From assembly GCA_003166335.1 (NCBI GenBank), contig PMWA01000088.1:1-40540 (forward strand): a stretch of 40,540 bases of DNA, written 5' to 3'. Below the pieces are notes generated by a model. The model was not told the origin of the DNA. It searched no databases and was given only the letters and a program-made list of their open reading frames with translations. Source of the stretch: Methanobacterium sp. (GTDB lineage Archaea > Methanobacteriota > Methanobacteria > Methanobacteriales > Methanobacteriaceae). Below are positions 11,010-22,669 of this stretch, piece after piece (within the stretch, counting starts at the first letter, position 1; the number at the start of each line of letters is the position of its first letter). The position numbers were made by a program, and so were the translations under genes.

Positions 11010-11036
11010 TAAAATCTAAATTAAAAATTTTATTGG

Positions 11037-11333
11037 TTATCTTTTCTCTCTTAACTTCTTCTTTAATAAAAAATTTATATCAATTAAATACTTCCCCTCT
11101 TCATTGGAGATTATTATGGAATCATCCTCCATGAGTGCGGATAAGTTAACTTCATAGATGCCATTCTCTTTTATCATTATAGTTTCTACTGAATCACCTT
11201 TACTCTCCTTTATTCCTTTAACTTGACCATGATGAGTGTATTCAAAAAATTTGCTACCGCATTCTGGACAACCCTTCTGTATAATATCCTCTGAGCCTTC
11301 AAATTCAGAGTGGCATTTAATGCATCGATGCAT
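11037..11333 (-). CDS. arvC: OapC/ArvC Zn-ribbon protein (DUF2072)
   Basis: MHRCIKC...[27 protein letters not shown]; overlaps the end of arvB. Confidence 0.85.
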   Translation of the reverse strand: MHRCIKCHSEFEGSEDIIQKGCPECGSKFFEYTHHGQVKGIKESKGDSVETIMIKENGIYEVNLSALMEDDSIIISNEEGKYLIDINFLLKKKLREKR

Positions 11334-11697
11334 TGGAATCACCGAGATTAGCTATCATGGAGAGGAAGTTAGATTTTTTCTTAACCGCCTTCATTACATT
11401 AGCCGGACCAATGATGGTTAGACCCACGATTTTACTTTTAGAGAGTCCAAAAAAGGATTTTTTATCCTTTTCCAGTGTATAAATATCGATTCCCATAAAG
11501 TTTTCCACATCTATCTCCCTCATGGTAGTCTCGATAAGTTCCGCTTCTTCTTCTGGAGTTAATCCTCCTTCAATAACCACCAAATCTCCGTTTTTTACTC
11601 GATCCACTATCATGGATATTTTCTCCATACTAGTGCGTGAGTTGAGCATAGTCGATGATAGAAAATCCATTTTCAAACCATTTATATTAGCATCCAT
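11317..11697 (-). CDS. arvB: OapB/ArvB protein (DUF2073)
   Basis: [29 protein letters not shown]...FMGIDI and LTIIGPAN motifs. Confidence 0.88.
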   Translation of the reverse strand: MDANINGLKMDFLSSTMLNSRTSMEKISMIVDRVKNGDLVVIEGGLTPEEEAELIETTMREIDVENFMGIDIYTLEKDKKSFFGLSKSKIVGLTIIGPANVMKAVKKKSNFLSMIANLGDSNASMH

Positions 11698-11738
11698 ATT
11701 TTTTAAACCTCTAAAAAAAAATTATTTTTATCCTAAGT

Positions 11739-12392
11739 TTAATTGAATTTATCAACCATAGCTTGATAAAGATCGCTTATATGTTCACCGTGCAATGCAG
11801 AAATTGGAACCACCGTGTGTTGAGGGAAAACTGCATGGATCTTGTCAGGAGAAGCCTCTGGAAGATCAATTTTATTAGCCACTATTATAAATGGAATTTT
11901 ACGCGCCTCTAGATTTCCCATGATGGTGATGTTAGCCTGAGTTAAAGGATCCTCAGTTGAATCAATAACTAATAATACACCAGTAACATCATCCAACCAT
12001 TTAATGGCCTCAATAATGCCCTTAGTAGCTTCCTTAGCTCTTTCTTTAGCTTCAATTTCAGATAAACCAAATTCAAGGAAGTTTTTATAATCAATTTTAG
12101 TGGCAATTCCTGGAGTATCAATAATATCAAAATCCAACTCCAAATCATCAAGACTTAAAGTCACATGCTCCTGACGATAAACCTTTCTAGTTTCATGTGG
12201 AATCTCTGACACTAAACCAATAGGTTTACCAATCCAATCAGTAGTTATCCTGTTGGCCAAAGTAGTTTTACCAGAGTTAGGATGACCATAGAATCCTATT
12301 TTAAGTTTTTTATTTTTCCCAAAGAGCTTATTAATTATGTCTTTGAAAAATTTCCTTTTTAAAAATTTAGGCATGCTCACCAACCATATCAT
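11739..12392 (-). CDS. arvA: Era-like small GTPase OapA/ArvA (archaeal vesiculating GTPase)
   Basis: [17 protein letters not shown] and NKID motifs; amphipathic N-terminus [12 protein letters not shown]; followed by DUF2073 and DUF2072 genes. Alternative start at 12374. Confidence 0.88.
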   Translation of the reverse strand: MIWLVSMPKFLKRKFFKDIINKLFGKNKKLKIGFYGHPNSGKTTLANRITTDWIGKPIGLVSEIPHETRKVYRQEHVTLSLDDLELDFDIIDTPGIATKIDYKNFLEFGLSEIEAKERAKEATKGIIEAIKWLDDVTGVLLVIDSTEDPLTQANITIMGNLEARKIPFIIVANKIDLPEASPDKIHAVFPQHTVVPISALHGEHISDLYQAMVDKFN

Positions 12393-13087
12393 TCCTCGTA
12401 AAATTCACCCGGTTCCATAATCACTACATTAATATCCGGATTCAAGGATTCGACCATCTCAGCAAACTCAAATGGATTCCGCTCAATTAAAGGGAAAGTA
12501 TTATAATGCATAGGTATTAACACTTCTGGTGAAATCCAATCAGCAGCAATAGCTGCCTCTTCAATGCCCATAGTATAAAGATCGCCAATAGGCAGTAATG
12601 CTATATCCGGCTGGTAAATGTCCCTTATAACCATTTTCATATCACCAAATATTCCAGTATCTCCAGAGTGATAGATTTTCCTACCATTTTCGAGTTTTAT
12701 TATATATCCACAAGCTATTCCACCATCAGCAGTTTCATCCATAAAATCCAATCCCGCGGAATGGTTAGAATTCACCATTGTCACTTCAATATCATGAACC
12801 TCCATGGAACCTCCAATATTCATTCCTTGACTATTTAAACCCTGTTTTGAAAGAAAAATTGAAGTTTCATGATTTGCAATTATAAGAGCACCAGTTCGGT
12901 TAGCTATTTCCATTGTATCTCCAAAGTGATCTTGATGCCCATGAGTTACCATGATTAAATCAGCATCTAACTCCTCAGCTGTTAATGGTGAGGTTGGGTT
13001 ATTGCTTATAAATGGGTCGATGAGGATTTTAAGGTTATAATTAGTGATAAGCTGAAATGCGGAATGTCCCAGCCATTTAATTATCAT
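12389..13087 (-). CDS. Metallo-beta-lactamase-fold metal-dependent hydrolase (UPF0173-like)
   Basis: WLGHSAF, IDPF, THGHQDH, HSGDT and PMHYNTFP motifs. Confidence 0.9.
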   Translation of the reverse strand: MIIKWLGHSAFQLITNYNLKILIDPFISNNPTSPLTAEELDADLIMVTHGHQDHFGDTMEIANRTGALIIANHETSIFLSKQGLNSQGMNIGGSMEVHDIEVTMVNSNHSAGLDFMDETADGGIACGYIIKLENGRKIYHSGDTGIFGDMKMVIRDIYQPDIALLPIGDLYTMGIEEAAIAADWISPEVLIPMHYNTFPLIERNPFEFAEMVESLNPDINVVIMEPGEFYEE

Positions 13088-14250
13088 GATTTAATCTCCA
13101 AGTCAATATCTTGAGATATACTCCATGCATCTTTAAATAATCTCTCAATCTCTTCTATTGACTTCTGATCCCTATAAATTACCCCTACTTCATAACTATC
13201 ATATATGGGATCAGTGGATATGATTAAACCATTTTTATTATCGGAAACTATAGCTATGGTGTGAACATGGGGCATGGTTCTTATTTTTACATTTTTATCT
13301 ATTAATAATTTTAAAAGTTCCACTGAAGCATCGTCATCCAAACTAGCCTCTTGAATAATAATGCAACTTTCTGTTTCCATGAATTTCTTTAAAGTACTCA
13401 CTTCTATATTCCTAATCCAAGGATACATCATTAATAATCTGTTATTAGTTTTGGAAATTGTTTCCACCATTGCTTCCTGAACATCATCCGCATCAAAGGA
13501 CCAGATTATTCCTGGTTCTTTAGACTCTGATTTGAGTTTACCCAGAGTCCCTTTGAATGAATCCAACCGCTCATCTATGATGCTTTCAATATCCTGAGCA
13601 TTTTCAATGTAACTCTCCTTTAAACGATCTAATCTTTTTTTAACGTAATCATCATCCTTCTCAGGTTGCATGGAACTTAATTTATTCATATCTGGCTTTT
13701 TAGGAATTTTTTTTATGGGTGGTTTCTTTTGAGTTGATAATGATTCATTAGTTTTCATTAATTCCTCTTTAGATTCTATTTTTCCTTCAGTTTTAATTGA
13801 TTTTTGGCCGGCAAGATGATTATTAGCTTTTTTTGGTTTTATAATTCTTGGTTTTGGCTTAACAGGCTCTTCAGGATGTTCAGTTTTTTTTGGACTTATA
13901 ATTCTAGGTTTTGGCTTAACAGGCTCTTCAGATTTGATTGTTTTCTTAATATTATCCAAAGTAGCTTCTTTTTTATTTTGTATAGGAACCATTTTTTCCA
14001 TTTTCACTGGTTTAGGTCTCGGTTTAATCGTAGATTCCGTTTTAGATACATTACTTGGAATTGGAGAGCTCCTTCCAGTAATTTCTACTCCGCTAACAAA
14101 GAATACCACTAAAATAAGTCCTACAACAGCAGCACATAATCCTAAAAAGAATAATAAACCGTTGGGTGGAGTTGAAAATCCAAAAGACATTAAAGAAAAA
14201 CCTAAAATAAGTAGAACCACCCCAATAGTTGTAATGATTAAATTGATCAT
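13084..14250 (-). CDS. Membrane-anchored protein: two N-terminal TMs, Lys/Pro-rich linker, helical segment, degenerate PLD-like C-terminal domain
   Basis: Two hydrophobic N-terminal helices; PWI...IIIQ...[17 protein letters not shown]...SYEVGV...FKDAW resembles a PLD/TrmB-C fold lacking the HKD lysine. Confidence 0.7.
   Translation of the reverse strand: MINLIITTIGVVLLILGFSLMSFGFSTPPNGLLFFLGLCAAVVGLILVVFFVSGVEITGRSSPIPSNVSKTESTIKPRPKPVKMEKMVPIQNKKEATLDNIKKTIKSEEPVKPKPRIISPKKTEHPEEPVKPKPRIIKPKKANNHLAGQKSIKTEGKIESKEELMKTNESLSTQKKPPIKKIPKKPDMNKLSSMQPEKDDDYVKKRLDRLKESYIENAQDIESIIDERLDSFKGTLGKLKSESKEPGIIWSFDADDVQEAMVETISKTNNRLLMMYPWIRNIEVSTLKKFMETESCIIIQEASLDDDASVELLKLLIDKNVKIRTMPHVHTIAIVSDNKNGLIISTDPIYDSYEVGVIYRDQKSIEEIERLFKDAWSISQDIDLEIKS
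13839..13931. repeat. Intragenic 36-bp direct repeat (57-bp period) encoding [11 protein letters not shown] twice
   Basis: Copies at 13839-13874 and 13896-13931 with one mismatch. Confidence 0.85.
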
Positions 14251-14687
14251 CTTTTGCCTCCAAATATTAATATGTTATGGATTTTTATAAATAATAAAGG
14301 TTTCCCTTATCTTCTATTTATTCATATGATCTCCACTACATCATCACTACCATATTGATATGTATAGACTCTTTTTTGTCCGAAATTAAAAGTTTAAACA
14401 TCACTTCTAGAAAATAAATTCATTAAAATCAAAAATTTTTTTTTTTGGTGCTTTAAAATATAAAGGAAGTTATTTTTGGATAACTTTTTAAAAAATTTTA
14501 TTAAATAATAACTTCATCGATATTAACTCTTTATTAAAAAAAGTTTTGAAGTATTATAATATAAAAATTATTTATTATTAAAATAACGATTATTTAATTC
14601 TTTTACTACTGGCTGAATAAAAATTTAAAATGATTTTATATTCATCTTTACAAAATTTGGAAATAAATTAATGTTCAAAAAAAATTT

Positions 14688-15260
14688 TTAAGTCCCCAAC
14701 ATTCCTTGAACTTTGATATAGTTCAAGATGTCCTCAAGAAAGCCGTCTTCTCCCTCTACATCACTTAAACTCCAAGCAAATTTAGTAGTTAATATTTTCT
14801 TCTGTTTATCTGGCTGAGAATCAATATAATATATTATTCTATTAAAAAGAGTATCGGCACCCCCACCATCAAGAGACACTCCATTTTCTTGCAATTCCCT
14901 AATTTTATTTCTGAAAATTCGTTTAATTTTAAAAGAAGCATTGTTAACCTCTTCCTCAGAACCATCTAACTTTTTAATAAGAGTTTCAATTTCAAAAAAA
15001 TCAGTTTTAACTATACTAAATATAATTCCATCAGGCCTTATGGATTGAATCCGCTTAACACCATGATAAACATCAAAATCATAACCAATCATACAGATTT
15101 TTCCATCCTTCAATAAAATCATTAAAGACTCATTAAAAGTTTTATCTGAAATATTAGTATCAGATTTTTCTATTATATGATCTAAAAGCTCTTTCTTAGA
15201 TAATTCTCTTTCATCCAAAGATTCTAAGATTAATTCCTTCAACTTGTAATTTCTAGGCAT
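14688..15260 (-). CDS. Hypothetical protein with N-terminal winged-helix domain
   Basis: LILESL...LSKKELLDHI...ISDKTFNESLMILLKDGKI pattern; GAGGT RBS upstream. Confidence 0.7.
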   Translation of the reverse strand: MPRNYKLKELILESLDERELSKKELLDHIIEKSDTNISDKTFNESLMILLKDGKICMIGYDFDVYHGVKRIQSIRPDGIIFSIVKTDFFEIETLIKKLDGSEEEVNNASFKIKRIFRNKIRELQENGVSLDGGGADTLFNRIIYYIDSQPDKQKKILTTKFAWSLSDVEGEDGFLEDILNYIKVQGMLGT

Positions 15261-15643
15261 AAAAGATTACCTCGATATGATTCTTATGTGTGATAATATG
15301 CACAAAGAAGTATATAAACACTATATTTCTGTGAAAAAAATTAGCATGAAAAAATTAATAAATAAAAATAATCTACGAAATTATTCTAATTTGAATAAAA
15401 AAAAATTTTTACGATAAGTAATAATTTATAAAATTTTAAGCTGAGATATAAATTCCTAAGATCTGTAGTAAATCTAGTTGAACATTCTAAAAAAGATGAA
15501 AAGTATATAGATATCTCTTCTTAGCATGTAGCTGATTAATCAAACTATAAATTAAATTTAAAATGTAAATGTTTATATAAATAAATGATGAATTTTTTTA
15601 TGAAAGCTGTGATAATTACCAAAAATTTTTGTAATGGATAAAA

Positions 15644-15814
15644 ATGGGATTTGTAAATGATATGGGTGGACAAGGAGCAGCTGAATACATTTTACTGTTC
15701 GGAGGAGTAATCGTCATAGCCATAGTTGCACTACTAACCTACGGTAATTACTTCAGAAGTCAATCTGGTATAAACGCTTCATCAGACATGAATAGTGTCA
15801 GAACCACTGTATAG
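15644..15814 (+). CDS. Class III signal peptide mini-pilin 1 (56 aa; absent from the ORF track)
   Basis: [57 protein letters not shown] at +5; paralog of 15990-16160. Confidence 0.88.
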   Translation: MGFVNDMGGQGAAEYILLFGGVIVIAIVALLTYGNYFRSQSGINASSDMNSVRTTV

Positions 15815-15846
15815 GATGAAAATTAATTAAATTGAGAGGAAAGCAG

Positions 15847-15897
15847 ATGTATATAGATGAGTCTATTTCTTTTAAAATAGTTAATGATCGACTATGA
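15847..15897 (+). pseudogene. Internally deleted copy of mini-pilin 3 (MYIDESISFKIVNDRL*)
   Basis: Shares the GGAAAGCAGATGTAT leader/start and the CGA(C/T)TATGA end with the 16204-16377 gene. Confidence 0.6.
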
Positions 15898-15989
15898 CTA
15901 AATCTAAAACATAAATGTTTATATAAGTGGATGTAAATGTTAATACTGGAATAGTTTTAAATTCCAAAAAAATTTTTGGAGGAATGAAA

Positions 15990-16160
15990 ATGGAATTCGT
16001 AAAAGATGAAGGTGGACAAGGTGCAGCTGAATACATTTTACTTTTTGGAGGCGTTATCGTCATAGCCATAGTTGCATTACTGATCTACAGTGCCTACTTC
16101 AAAGGTGCCAGTGGTTTAAACTCTACGTCAGACATAAACACTGTCAGAACCAGTGTATAA
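15990..16160 (+). CDS. Class III signal peptide mini-pilin 2 (56 aa)
   Basis: [33 protein letters not shown]...; GGAGG RBS; alternative ATG at 15984. Confidence 0.9.
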   Translation: MEFVKDEGGQGAAEYILLFGGVIVIAIVALLIYSAYFKGASGLNSTSDINTVRTSV

Positions 16161-16203
16161 GCACTTAATAAATGAAAAATTAATGCATTTTAGTGGAAAG
16201 CAG

Positions 16204-16377
16204 ATGTATCTTGATGATAAGGCTCAGATAAGTGCAGAGATGATCCTATTAATGGGTGGCTTAATAATACTTGTCATAGTAGTTGGACTTATTGTGTTAA
16301 ATGTAGCTAACTCTGTTGCAGGTAATGTAACTAGTGTAGTAAACACCGCCAGAGACACGACAATAAACCGATTATGA
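16204..16377 (+). CDS. Class III signal peptide mini-pilin 3 (57 aa; DUF361 QxSxExxxL type)
   Basis: MYLDDKA|QISAEMILLMGGLIILVIVVG... matches the QxSxExxxL motif. Confidence 0.88.
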   Translation: MYLDDKAQISAEMILLMGGLIILVIVVGLIVLNVANSVAGNVTSVVNTARDTTINRL

Positions 16378-16883
16378 GTTTTCCACTATACCAATTTTTT
16401 TGAAGTAGAATTATATTAAAAACTAACTTATTTTTTCCATTATCATACTACTTTTCTTAAAATATCACTAATTGAGCATCCCATTAATCTTGCATATAAA
16501 TACGAAATATCTAACATTCTTCCCCCCATCTTCAACTATATTTTCCCCGAAAAAAAGTTAATCGGTGTTTATCTAAAATACTACCAATCTTAAATAAAAA
16601 CAACCCTTAATCGAAAACTATAAAAAAAATAATAATCTATTCTATTAGCCCAATTTTATAGAACTTTGACTCCTCCTATATAGTATAAAGCTACCGATTT
16701 GAGTAATCCAACCTCAGACATAAAAATTTGCTGTAACTTGTTTTAAGTACCATAATAATTTAAATGTATTCTACTCTTCAATCCTGAGAATCCAATTTTA
16801 AAGATTATAATCAATCCAAAAAATTTTGAAGCTTTAAATAGATGTTAGCAAAATTTATAAGGAATTATTTAAAAAAGGGATTT

Positions 16884-18464
16884 ATGGAATTAAATACTAA
16901 AAATATTTGTATTATTGGTATTTTTGTTTCAGCTATTCTATTTATTTTGATGTTGGTGTATATATGGAATTTTACTGTTGATGATGCCTTTATATCGTTT
17001 AGATACAGTGAGCATTTGGCTAGCGGATTTGGATTACTTTGGAATATTGGTCAACCTCCTGTTGAAGGCTATACTAATTTTCTATGGGTTTTAATAATAG
17101 CATTCACATTATTACTGAAGTTGAATCCGATAATTTCGACAAAAGTAATTGGTTTATTATCTGTTTTTGGTATTATTGTTTTATTTTGGTTCATAACTAA
17201 TGATATATTCAAAAATAAGAAAAATAAGTATATTGCATTTACTGTGAGCAGTATTTTTCTTCTTATTAATCCTTACACTGCTATTCACGCTGTTTCTGGA
17301 TTAGAAACTATGTTTTATGCATTTCTATTATTAGGGGTGATATATAGTGCATGGAAAATAATTGTATCTCCCAGTTCAAAGTTTATCTGGTTATTCACAT
17401 TTACAGCTCTCTTATTAAGCTTAACAAGACCGGAAGGAATACTAATATCTTTAGCGTTGATATTATCAATTATTTACATTTCCTATAAAAAAAATAATAA
17501 TTCAATAAAATTAACTTCTTTTACACCGATTTTGATTTTATATTTGATTCCTATTGTTATCTATATGCTGTTTCGTGTTTCTTATTTTCACGAAATATTC
17601 CCATTACCTTTTCTGGTGAAAATAGTATATGGAACCACTTTTCCCACGGAGTTCCTAAACGCTTTAGTTTACTCAATACCTTTTATATTAATCATATTGA
17701 TCCCATTATTCCTTAAGTATCAGGGATTTAAAATCAATGAGAATAATCTAAAAAATTTTAAGTATTTTTTACTTATTTTAGCTATAACATTCTTTTTTGC
17801 TAATATAGTATATGTTCGTACTCCTCTTATGAATTATAGTCAAAGATTTTTTTATCCTTCATTTGTTATGTTTTATTTGGCTTTTGGCATAGCAATCAGC
17901 ATATTATTCAATGAAATAGGAAAACTAAATACAAAATCAGCGAAAAATAATCAAATTAGATTTCGTTCAGTTTTAGTGATCGTAGTTTTAGTCTTGTTGG
18001 TATTTGCGAATTTTTATGGTATAAGTGATCTTAAATCCCAACATGATTATGGTGTTAATTTTGAAAAATCTTATATCCCCATAGGTAAAGCTCTCACTAA
18101 CTTCTCAGATGACAATTATACAGTTGCATTCGCAGATGCTGGTGCTGTTGCTTATTATTCCAAATGGAATTTTCTAGATTTGGGAGGATTGAATGATAAA
18201 TTTATTGCAGTTAATGGAGTAACTGCAGAATATTTGGAACAAAAAAATCCCGAACTGGTTATATTCGCTTCAGTAAATGGTGTAATTCTCACTCCCGGAA
18301 ACAGCTACGACTATGTTTTGGAAAATAATTATACACAATTAGATCCGATCAAGTTTAGTAAAAATTATTATTTTATACCTTTTTTAAAGCCTAATATTAA
18401 AGATTTTAATCGAATAAAAAATTCACTCGAAACTGTCAGTAAAGAATCAAATTCAAATGAATAA
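16884..18464 (+). CDS. GT-C-type multi-pass membrane glycosyltransferase
   Basis: TM followed by DDAFISFRYS...VEGYTNFLW; SGLET; TRPEG; C-terminal DAGAVAYYS...DLGGLND. Alternative ATG at 16842. Confidence 0.8.
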   Translation: MELNTKNICIIGIFVSAILFILMLVYIWNFTVDDAFISFRYSEHLASGFGLLWNIGQPPVEGYTNFLWVLIIAFTLLLKLNPIISTKVIGLLSVFGIIVLFWFITNDIFKNKKNKYIAFTVSSIFLLINPYTAIHAVSGLETMFYAFLLLGVIYSAWKIIVSPSSKFIWLFTFTALLLSLTRPEGILISLALILSIIYISYKKNNNSIKLTSFTPILILYLIPIVIYMLFRVSYFHEIFPLPFLVKIVYGTTFPTEFLNALVYSIPFILIILIPLFLKYQGFKINENNLKNFKYFLLILAITFFFANIVYVRTPLMNYSQRFFYPSFVMFYLAFGIAISILFNEIGKLNTKSAKNNQIRFRSVLVIVVLVLLVFANFYGISDLKSQHDYGVNFEKSYIPIGKALTNFSDDNYTVAFADAGAVAYYSKWNFLDLGGLNDKFIAVNGVTAEYLEQKNPELVIFASVNGVILTPGNSYDYVLENNYTQLDPIKFSKNYYFIPFLKPNIKDFNRIKNSLETVSKESNSNE

Positions 18465-18854
18465 GTTTTTTACTAATATCTGCCTTTCTTGCCCTTTACT
18501 ACAAGTTTAATAACATTATCCATTAAACCTAAAATAGCTATTAAACCTTTAATAATCCTTAAAATTGAGTACAAATCTAGCATTCACAATTATAATGTAA
18601 TATTTTAAGGAAAGAAATTAACAGAACACCAAATAATCCTGTTTTTATCTTAACGATGAACTTTTCACTTGTTCTTTAGAAATATAATCTATTTATTGAG
18701 TTACCAATGAATAATAAGAATTTTTATTTGTTATTGAATTCAAAATAGTTACCACATGGTTATGGTTAATATAATTGTTTGACTCTATTTTTGACTGTAA
18801 ATGATAATTTTTTGAACAAGTTTTTAGGTTTTTTTTATGTCTAAATTTTTTTAT

Positions 18855-20507
18855 TTATTTGTTTGTGTAAAGACCGCTTTGTTTAATATCCTTTGGTAAT
18901 TGGGGAGAGAATGATTTTAAATTTTCAATTAATTCGGCTTCGTATTGTGGGGAAGTCGCGTAAAATGATACTGTATCATTTCCTAGAATCACACTATGGG
19001 GAGTTGTCCACTCTCCCACTTTAATCCAATTTGAAGGTATATTCCATTGATCATAAATAATGGCTATTTCAACGTGATGCTCATTAGATAAATTATTCAG
19101 TTCCTGAGCATTAAACATATTTTTGTTTACATCATTACTACCCAAACCAAACAAATCTAGACATTCAATATTTGTGAAATAATTAATAGCTCCAATATCA
19201 TTTGCTGCAATCGAACCATTTGGATAATATTCTTTTAAAAATGAAGCCATTTGATATTGCTGTTCATAAATGTTATTGGTATATTGGGGTTGGGCGATTG
19301 ATAAATCAAAATTAAATGCTAATGGTGAGGATAACAGAATTATAAATATGGTAATTAAATAATACTTCGGGATTGATTTTTTATTAAATTTAAACGATAA
19401 TTTTTGTGGTAGATAATCATTTACTCCTATTGTTATTGCTATTAACCACAAAACCACTAGATAAGATGAATATCTCGACGTATATCCTGAAAGCATGTCA
19501 TTATAGATAAATAAAAGCTGGATAAAAATCAATGTTCCAATAATAGTTAACCAGATAGTAGGAGCGTTCCAAATAGTTTTTATTTTCTTAAAATGAAATA
19601 CAGAAATATATAATGCCAGAAGAGCAGAAATATATGCTGCTAAATCAGCTATAAGGAGAGAAAATCTATTAGGTATTATACTAGAATAAATCGCATTAGG
19701 TAAGTTATTTAAAGAAGTATTAAAGATGATGTTCATAAAAGAGGATTTGAGTATTAATGAGTTAGGTATAAAGGACCATCCATTTAGAACTGAAATTACC
19801 CCGTATACTGTTAAAGGAATAATTGCTAATACTATAATCGAAAAAGAATACGTAAACTTCTTCTTTAATATAAATAAAAAAGATATGAAAAAAATTAGAA
19901 TTAAACTTTCGTAACGAACCATCACCAAAGGAACCGCTAATATTAATAATAAATAATAATTAAGCGGTTTAATGTTTGAACTTGTTAAAATTTGAACTGA
20001 AAGATAAACAAATGCAATTACAAGAATTATTTGTAAAATATGTTCCATTCCAATAAAAATAAGATAAGGAATCGGAGTGAAAAATATAACACCTAATAAT
20101 ACCATTAAATTATAGATAGGAAGAATTTTATAAAATCTAAGAATATAATAAACCATAAAGATGGTGATAGTTCCCAAAATAATATTTAAAATAAACGGAG
20201 TAAGACTATTTACACCGGTAACATAATAGAAAAATGATAATAGGAGTGTCCATAAAAGAGAAGATGAGGAAGAAGAGAATCCATAGGGTGTTACGCCCCA
20301 TACACCATGCAATGCGAAATTTTTCGCAATCGACATGTGTATATACGCATCATCAAGACCATAAACAAAATGACCCTGATTCAACTTAAACGAAACAACC
20401 AGTAATAATAAAATAGTTATCCAAAGTACAAACAAAGCTGTGACTAAAGGCCAATGCCGATGAAAACCCGTATTTAGTTTACTCATTGTTTTTATACAGA
20501 ACTGCAT
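18855..20507 (-). CDS. GT-C-type multi-pass membrane glycosyltransferase
   Basis: YGLDDAYIHMSIAKN, SSSLLWTLL, GMEH, VRYE and NDIGAINY...DLFGL motifs. Confidence 0.8.
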   Translation of the reverse strand: MQFCIKTMSKLNTGFHRHWPLVTALFVLWITILLLLVVSFKLNQGHFVYGLDDAYIHMSIAKNFALHGVWGVTPYGFSSSSSSLLWTLLLSFFYYVTGVNSLTPFILNIILGTITIFMVYYILRFYKILPIYNLMVLLGVIFFTPIPYLIFIGMEHILQIILVIAFVYLSVQILTSSNIKPLNYYLLLILAVPLVMVRYESLILIFFISFLFILKKKFTYSFSIIVLAIIPLTVYGVISVLNGWSFIPNSLILKSSFMNIIFNTSLNNLPNAIYSSIIPNRFSLLIADLAAYISALLALYISVFHFKKIKTIWNAPTIWLTIIGTLIFIQLLFIYNDMLSGYTSRYSSYLVVLWLIAITIGVNDYLPQKLSFKFNKKSIPKYYLITIFIILLSSPLAFNFDLSIAQPQYTNNIYEQQYQMASFLKEYYPNGSIAANDIGAINYFTNIECLDLFGLGSNDVNKNMFNAQELNNLSNEHHVEIAIIYDQWNIPSNWIKVGEWTTPHSVILGNDTVSFYATSPQYEAELIENLKSFSPQLPKDIKQSGLYTNK

Positions 20508-20880
20508 ATTTAATAGAAATAGTTTTTAAGTATATAAATGTAATATTGCTAATTTTTCGTTAAATTGTATTGATTTATGATGTAGAGGAAAGTTAATATT
20601 CATTAAGGGGGAATTCTGGACAAAAAACATAAATATCATATTTTTTATAATTTGTTTATCCAGTACTGAATATAAAATTAATTCATACTTGGCTTTTGAA
20701 TAAAAAAATGTTTTTAATATGGTATTTGATAATTATACTTATTAAATAAATAGATTAATAATAAATAACAAATAATTTAAAAAAAGCAGTTTTAGCGAAA
20801 GACAATGACTTTAGTTATTTATATTAATAAAAATAATTTAAATAACGATTTAGAAATATTCAAAATTTTAGAGGTGAAAA

Positions 20881-21528
20881 ATGCCACCAATTAAAAATTT
20901 TCTGATGACTGGAAACGATAACAAGTTAAAAAACTTCATTAGAAGTTCAGATGATTTAACGATTCCTAAAAACTCCAAAATCCAGGAAAACGTAACTTTA
21001 GGCTTGAAATATAAGAGAGGATCTCTGCCCCCAGTAATTGGTGAAAATGCATTTATACGTTCAAATACTATTATATATGATGATGTAGAGACTGGAAACA
21101 ATTTTAGAACAGGTCATGGAGTTGTTATAAGAGAAAAAACCAGAATTGGCGATAATGTTCTTGTAGGAACTAACTCCGTAATAGAAGGACAATGCAATCT
21201 TGGAAGCAATATTAGCATACAATCCAGTGTTTACATACCTACTAAAACCTTAATTGAAGATCATGTATTCATAGGACCCTGTGCTTGTCTTACTAACGAT
21301 AAATATCCTATAAGAATAGATTTCGATCTTAAAGGTCCAGTAATTAGAAAAGGTGCATCCATAGGCGCCAACTCCACATTCTTATCCGGTGTTGAAATAG
21401 GTGAAAAAGCTATGGTAGCCGCCGGGGCAATTGTAACACGTAACGTGCCTCCAAACCATCTCGCCATAGGTTCTCCTGCCCGGATAAAAAAACTGCCAGA
21501 AGAACTTAAAACATTAAATAAGATTTAA
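20881..21528 (+). CDS. Left-handed beta-helix N-acetyltransferase (WbpD/WlbB-like)
   Basis: Hexapeptide repeats, [23 protein letters not shown] and GSPAR; GAGGTG RBS. Confidence 0.85.
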   Translation: MPPIKNFLMTGNDNKLKNFIRSSDDLTIPKNSKIQENVTLGLKYKRGSLPPVIGENAFIRSNTIIYDDVETGNNFRTGHGVVIREKTRIGDNVLVGTNSVIEGQCNLGSNISIQSSVYIPTKTLIEDHVFIGPCACLTNDKYPIRIDFDLKGPVIRKGASIGANSTFLSGVEIGEKAMVAAGAIVTRNVPPNHLAIGSPARIKKLPEELKTLNKI

Positions 21529-21536
21529 ACTCAATT

Positions 21537-22613
21537 TTATAAATAAATATTCTTTATTGTATAAAATATTGCTTTTGATACTCCTGTTTTAATTGGAACC
21601 TTCTTATTACGCATATTTTCTAATTCACTTTCATTATTTAAAATGTAGTTAACATGTTCTGTTATTTTTTTTTCATCAGTACCTAGCAGAACATTTTTAC
21701 CTATCTCCACCAAATATTCCCACTCGGTATTATCTCTTAAAATCAAACAAGGTACATTTAAAATCGCTGCTTCCTCTTGTACACCACCAGAATCTGTCAT
21801 TACAAATTTAGAATTTACTAATAATCCTATGAAATCTTTGTAACCTATAGGATCTGTTAAAATTAGATTATCTTCTATTTCTATATTATTTTCATCTAAA
21901 ACTTCTCTGGTTCTTAAATGGACAGGAAAAATTATTTTAATCTTTTTTGAAATAATATTTAATGAATTTATTATATTCTTCAAATTATTTGGAGAAGTAT
22001 TTTTTTGCCTGTGTACTGTAACCAATATATAACTCTGTTTTTCTAATGATTCATCTAATTCTTTCCAATTTAATAAATCTTTGGCTCTTAAACACGCATC
22101 AGTTGAAGTGTTGCCCACAATATGAATATTATCCTGGTTAATCCCCTCGCGAACTAAATTGTTAAATGCAGTTAAATCAGGAGTAAATAAAACGTCAGAA
22201 CAATGATCAACTAAAATACGGTTTATTTCCTCTGGCAATCCCCTATCAAATGATCTACACCCAGCTTCAATATGTGCTATTTTAATTTGGAGTTTAGAAG
22301 CAGTAAGAGCCCCGGCTAATGTGGAATTTGTATCACCCTGCACCACAACCAAATCCGGTTTCTCCACTAAAAGAACTTTCTCTATATTTCTCATCATGTC
22401 TCCAATTTGACTGGCTGGAGTACTAGAAGCAATATTAAAGGCATAATCACATTTTCTAAGATTCAATTCTTCAAAAAAAATTCTATCCATGCAATACGAG
22501 TAGTGTTGTCCAGTATGAACTATCTTATGGTTGAATTCCTTATCAAAAATCGGCATTAAAGGAGAAAGTTTGATAATCTCTGGTCTGGTTCCAATAACGG
22601 TTACAATTTTCAT
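21537..22613 (-). CDS. wecB: Non-hydrolysing UDP-N-acetylglucosamine 2-epimerase family (WecB/WbpI-type)
   Basis: [38 protein letters not shown] and [10 protein letters not shown] motifs. Confidence 0.9.
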   Translation of the reverse strand: MKIVTVIGTRPEIIKLSPLMPIFDKEFNHKIVHTGQHYSYCMDRIFFEELNLRKCDYAFNIASSTPASQIGDMMRNIEKVLLVEKPDLVVVQGDTNSTLAGALTASKLQIKIAHIEAGCRSFDRGLPEEINRILVDHCSDVLFTPDLTAFNNLVREGINQDNIHIVGNTSTDACLRAKDLLNWKELDESLEKQSYILVTVHRQKNTSPNNLKNIINSLNIISKKIKIIFPVHLRTREVLDENNIEIEDNLILTDPIGYKDFIGLLVNSKFVMTDSGGVQEEAAILNVPCLILRDNTEWEYLVEIGKNVLLGTDEKKITEHVNYILNNESELENMRNKKVPIKTGVSKAIFYTIKNIYL

Positions 22614-22669
22614 CTTATCCTGAATATTATTGGAAAAGAATATATAATAAGTCTTTCCCATCCATTATT

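Noticed and set aside
14251..14687. AT-rich spacer near the oap/arv genes as a replication origin
   Set aside because: The oap genes are origin-linked in haloarchaea, but no ORB repeats or initiator gene are visible here.
15990..16160. Conductive e-pilin idea (5 aromatic residues in 47 mature residues)
   Set aside because: Aromatic content of a short hydrophobic pilin is not diagnostic, and nothing else supports it.
16380..16840. Possible decayed gene on the minus strand (similarly 18470-18850)
   Set aside because: Only short broken frames with no recognisable family.
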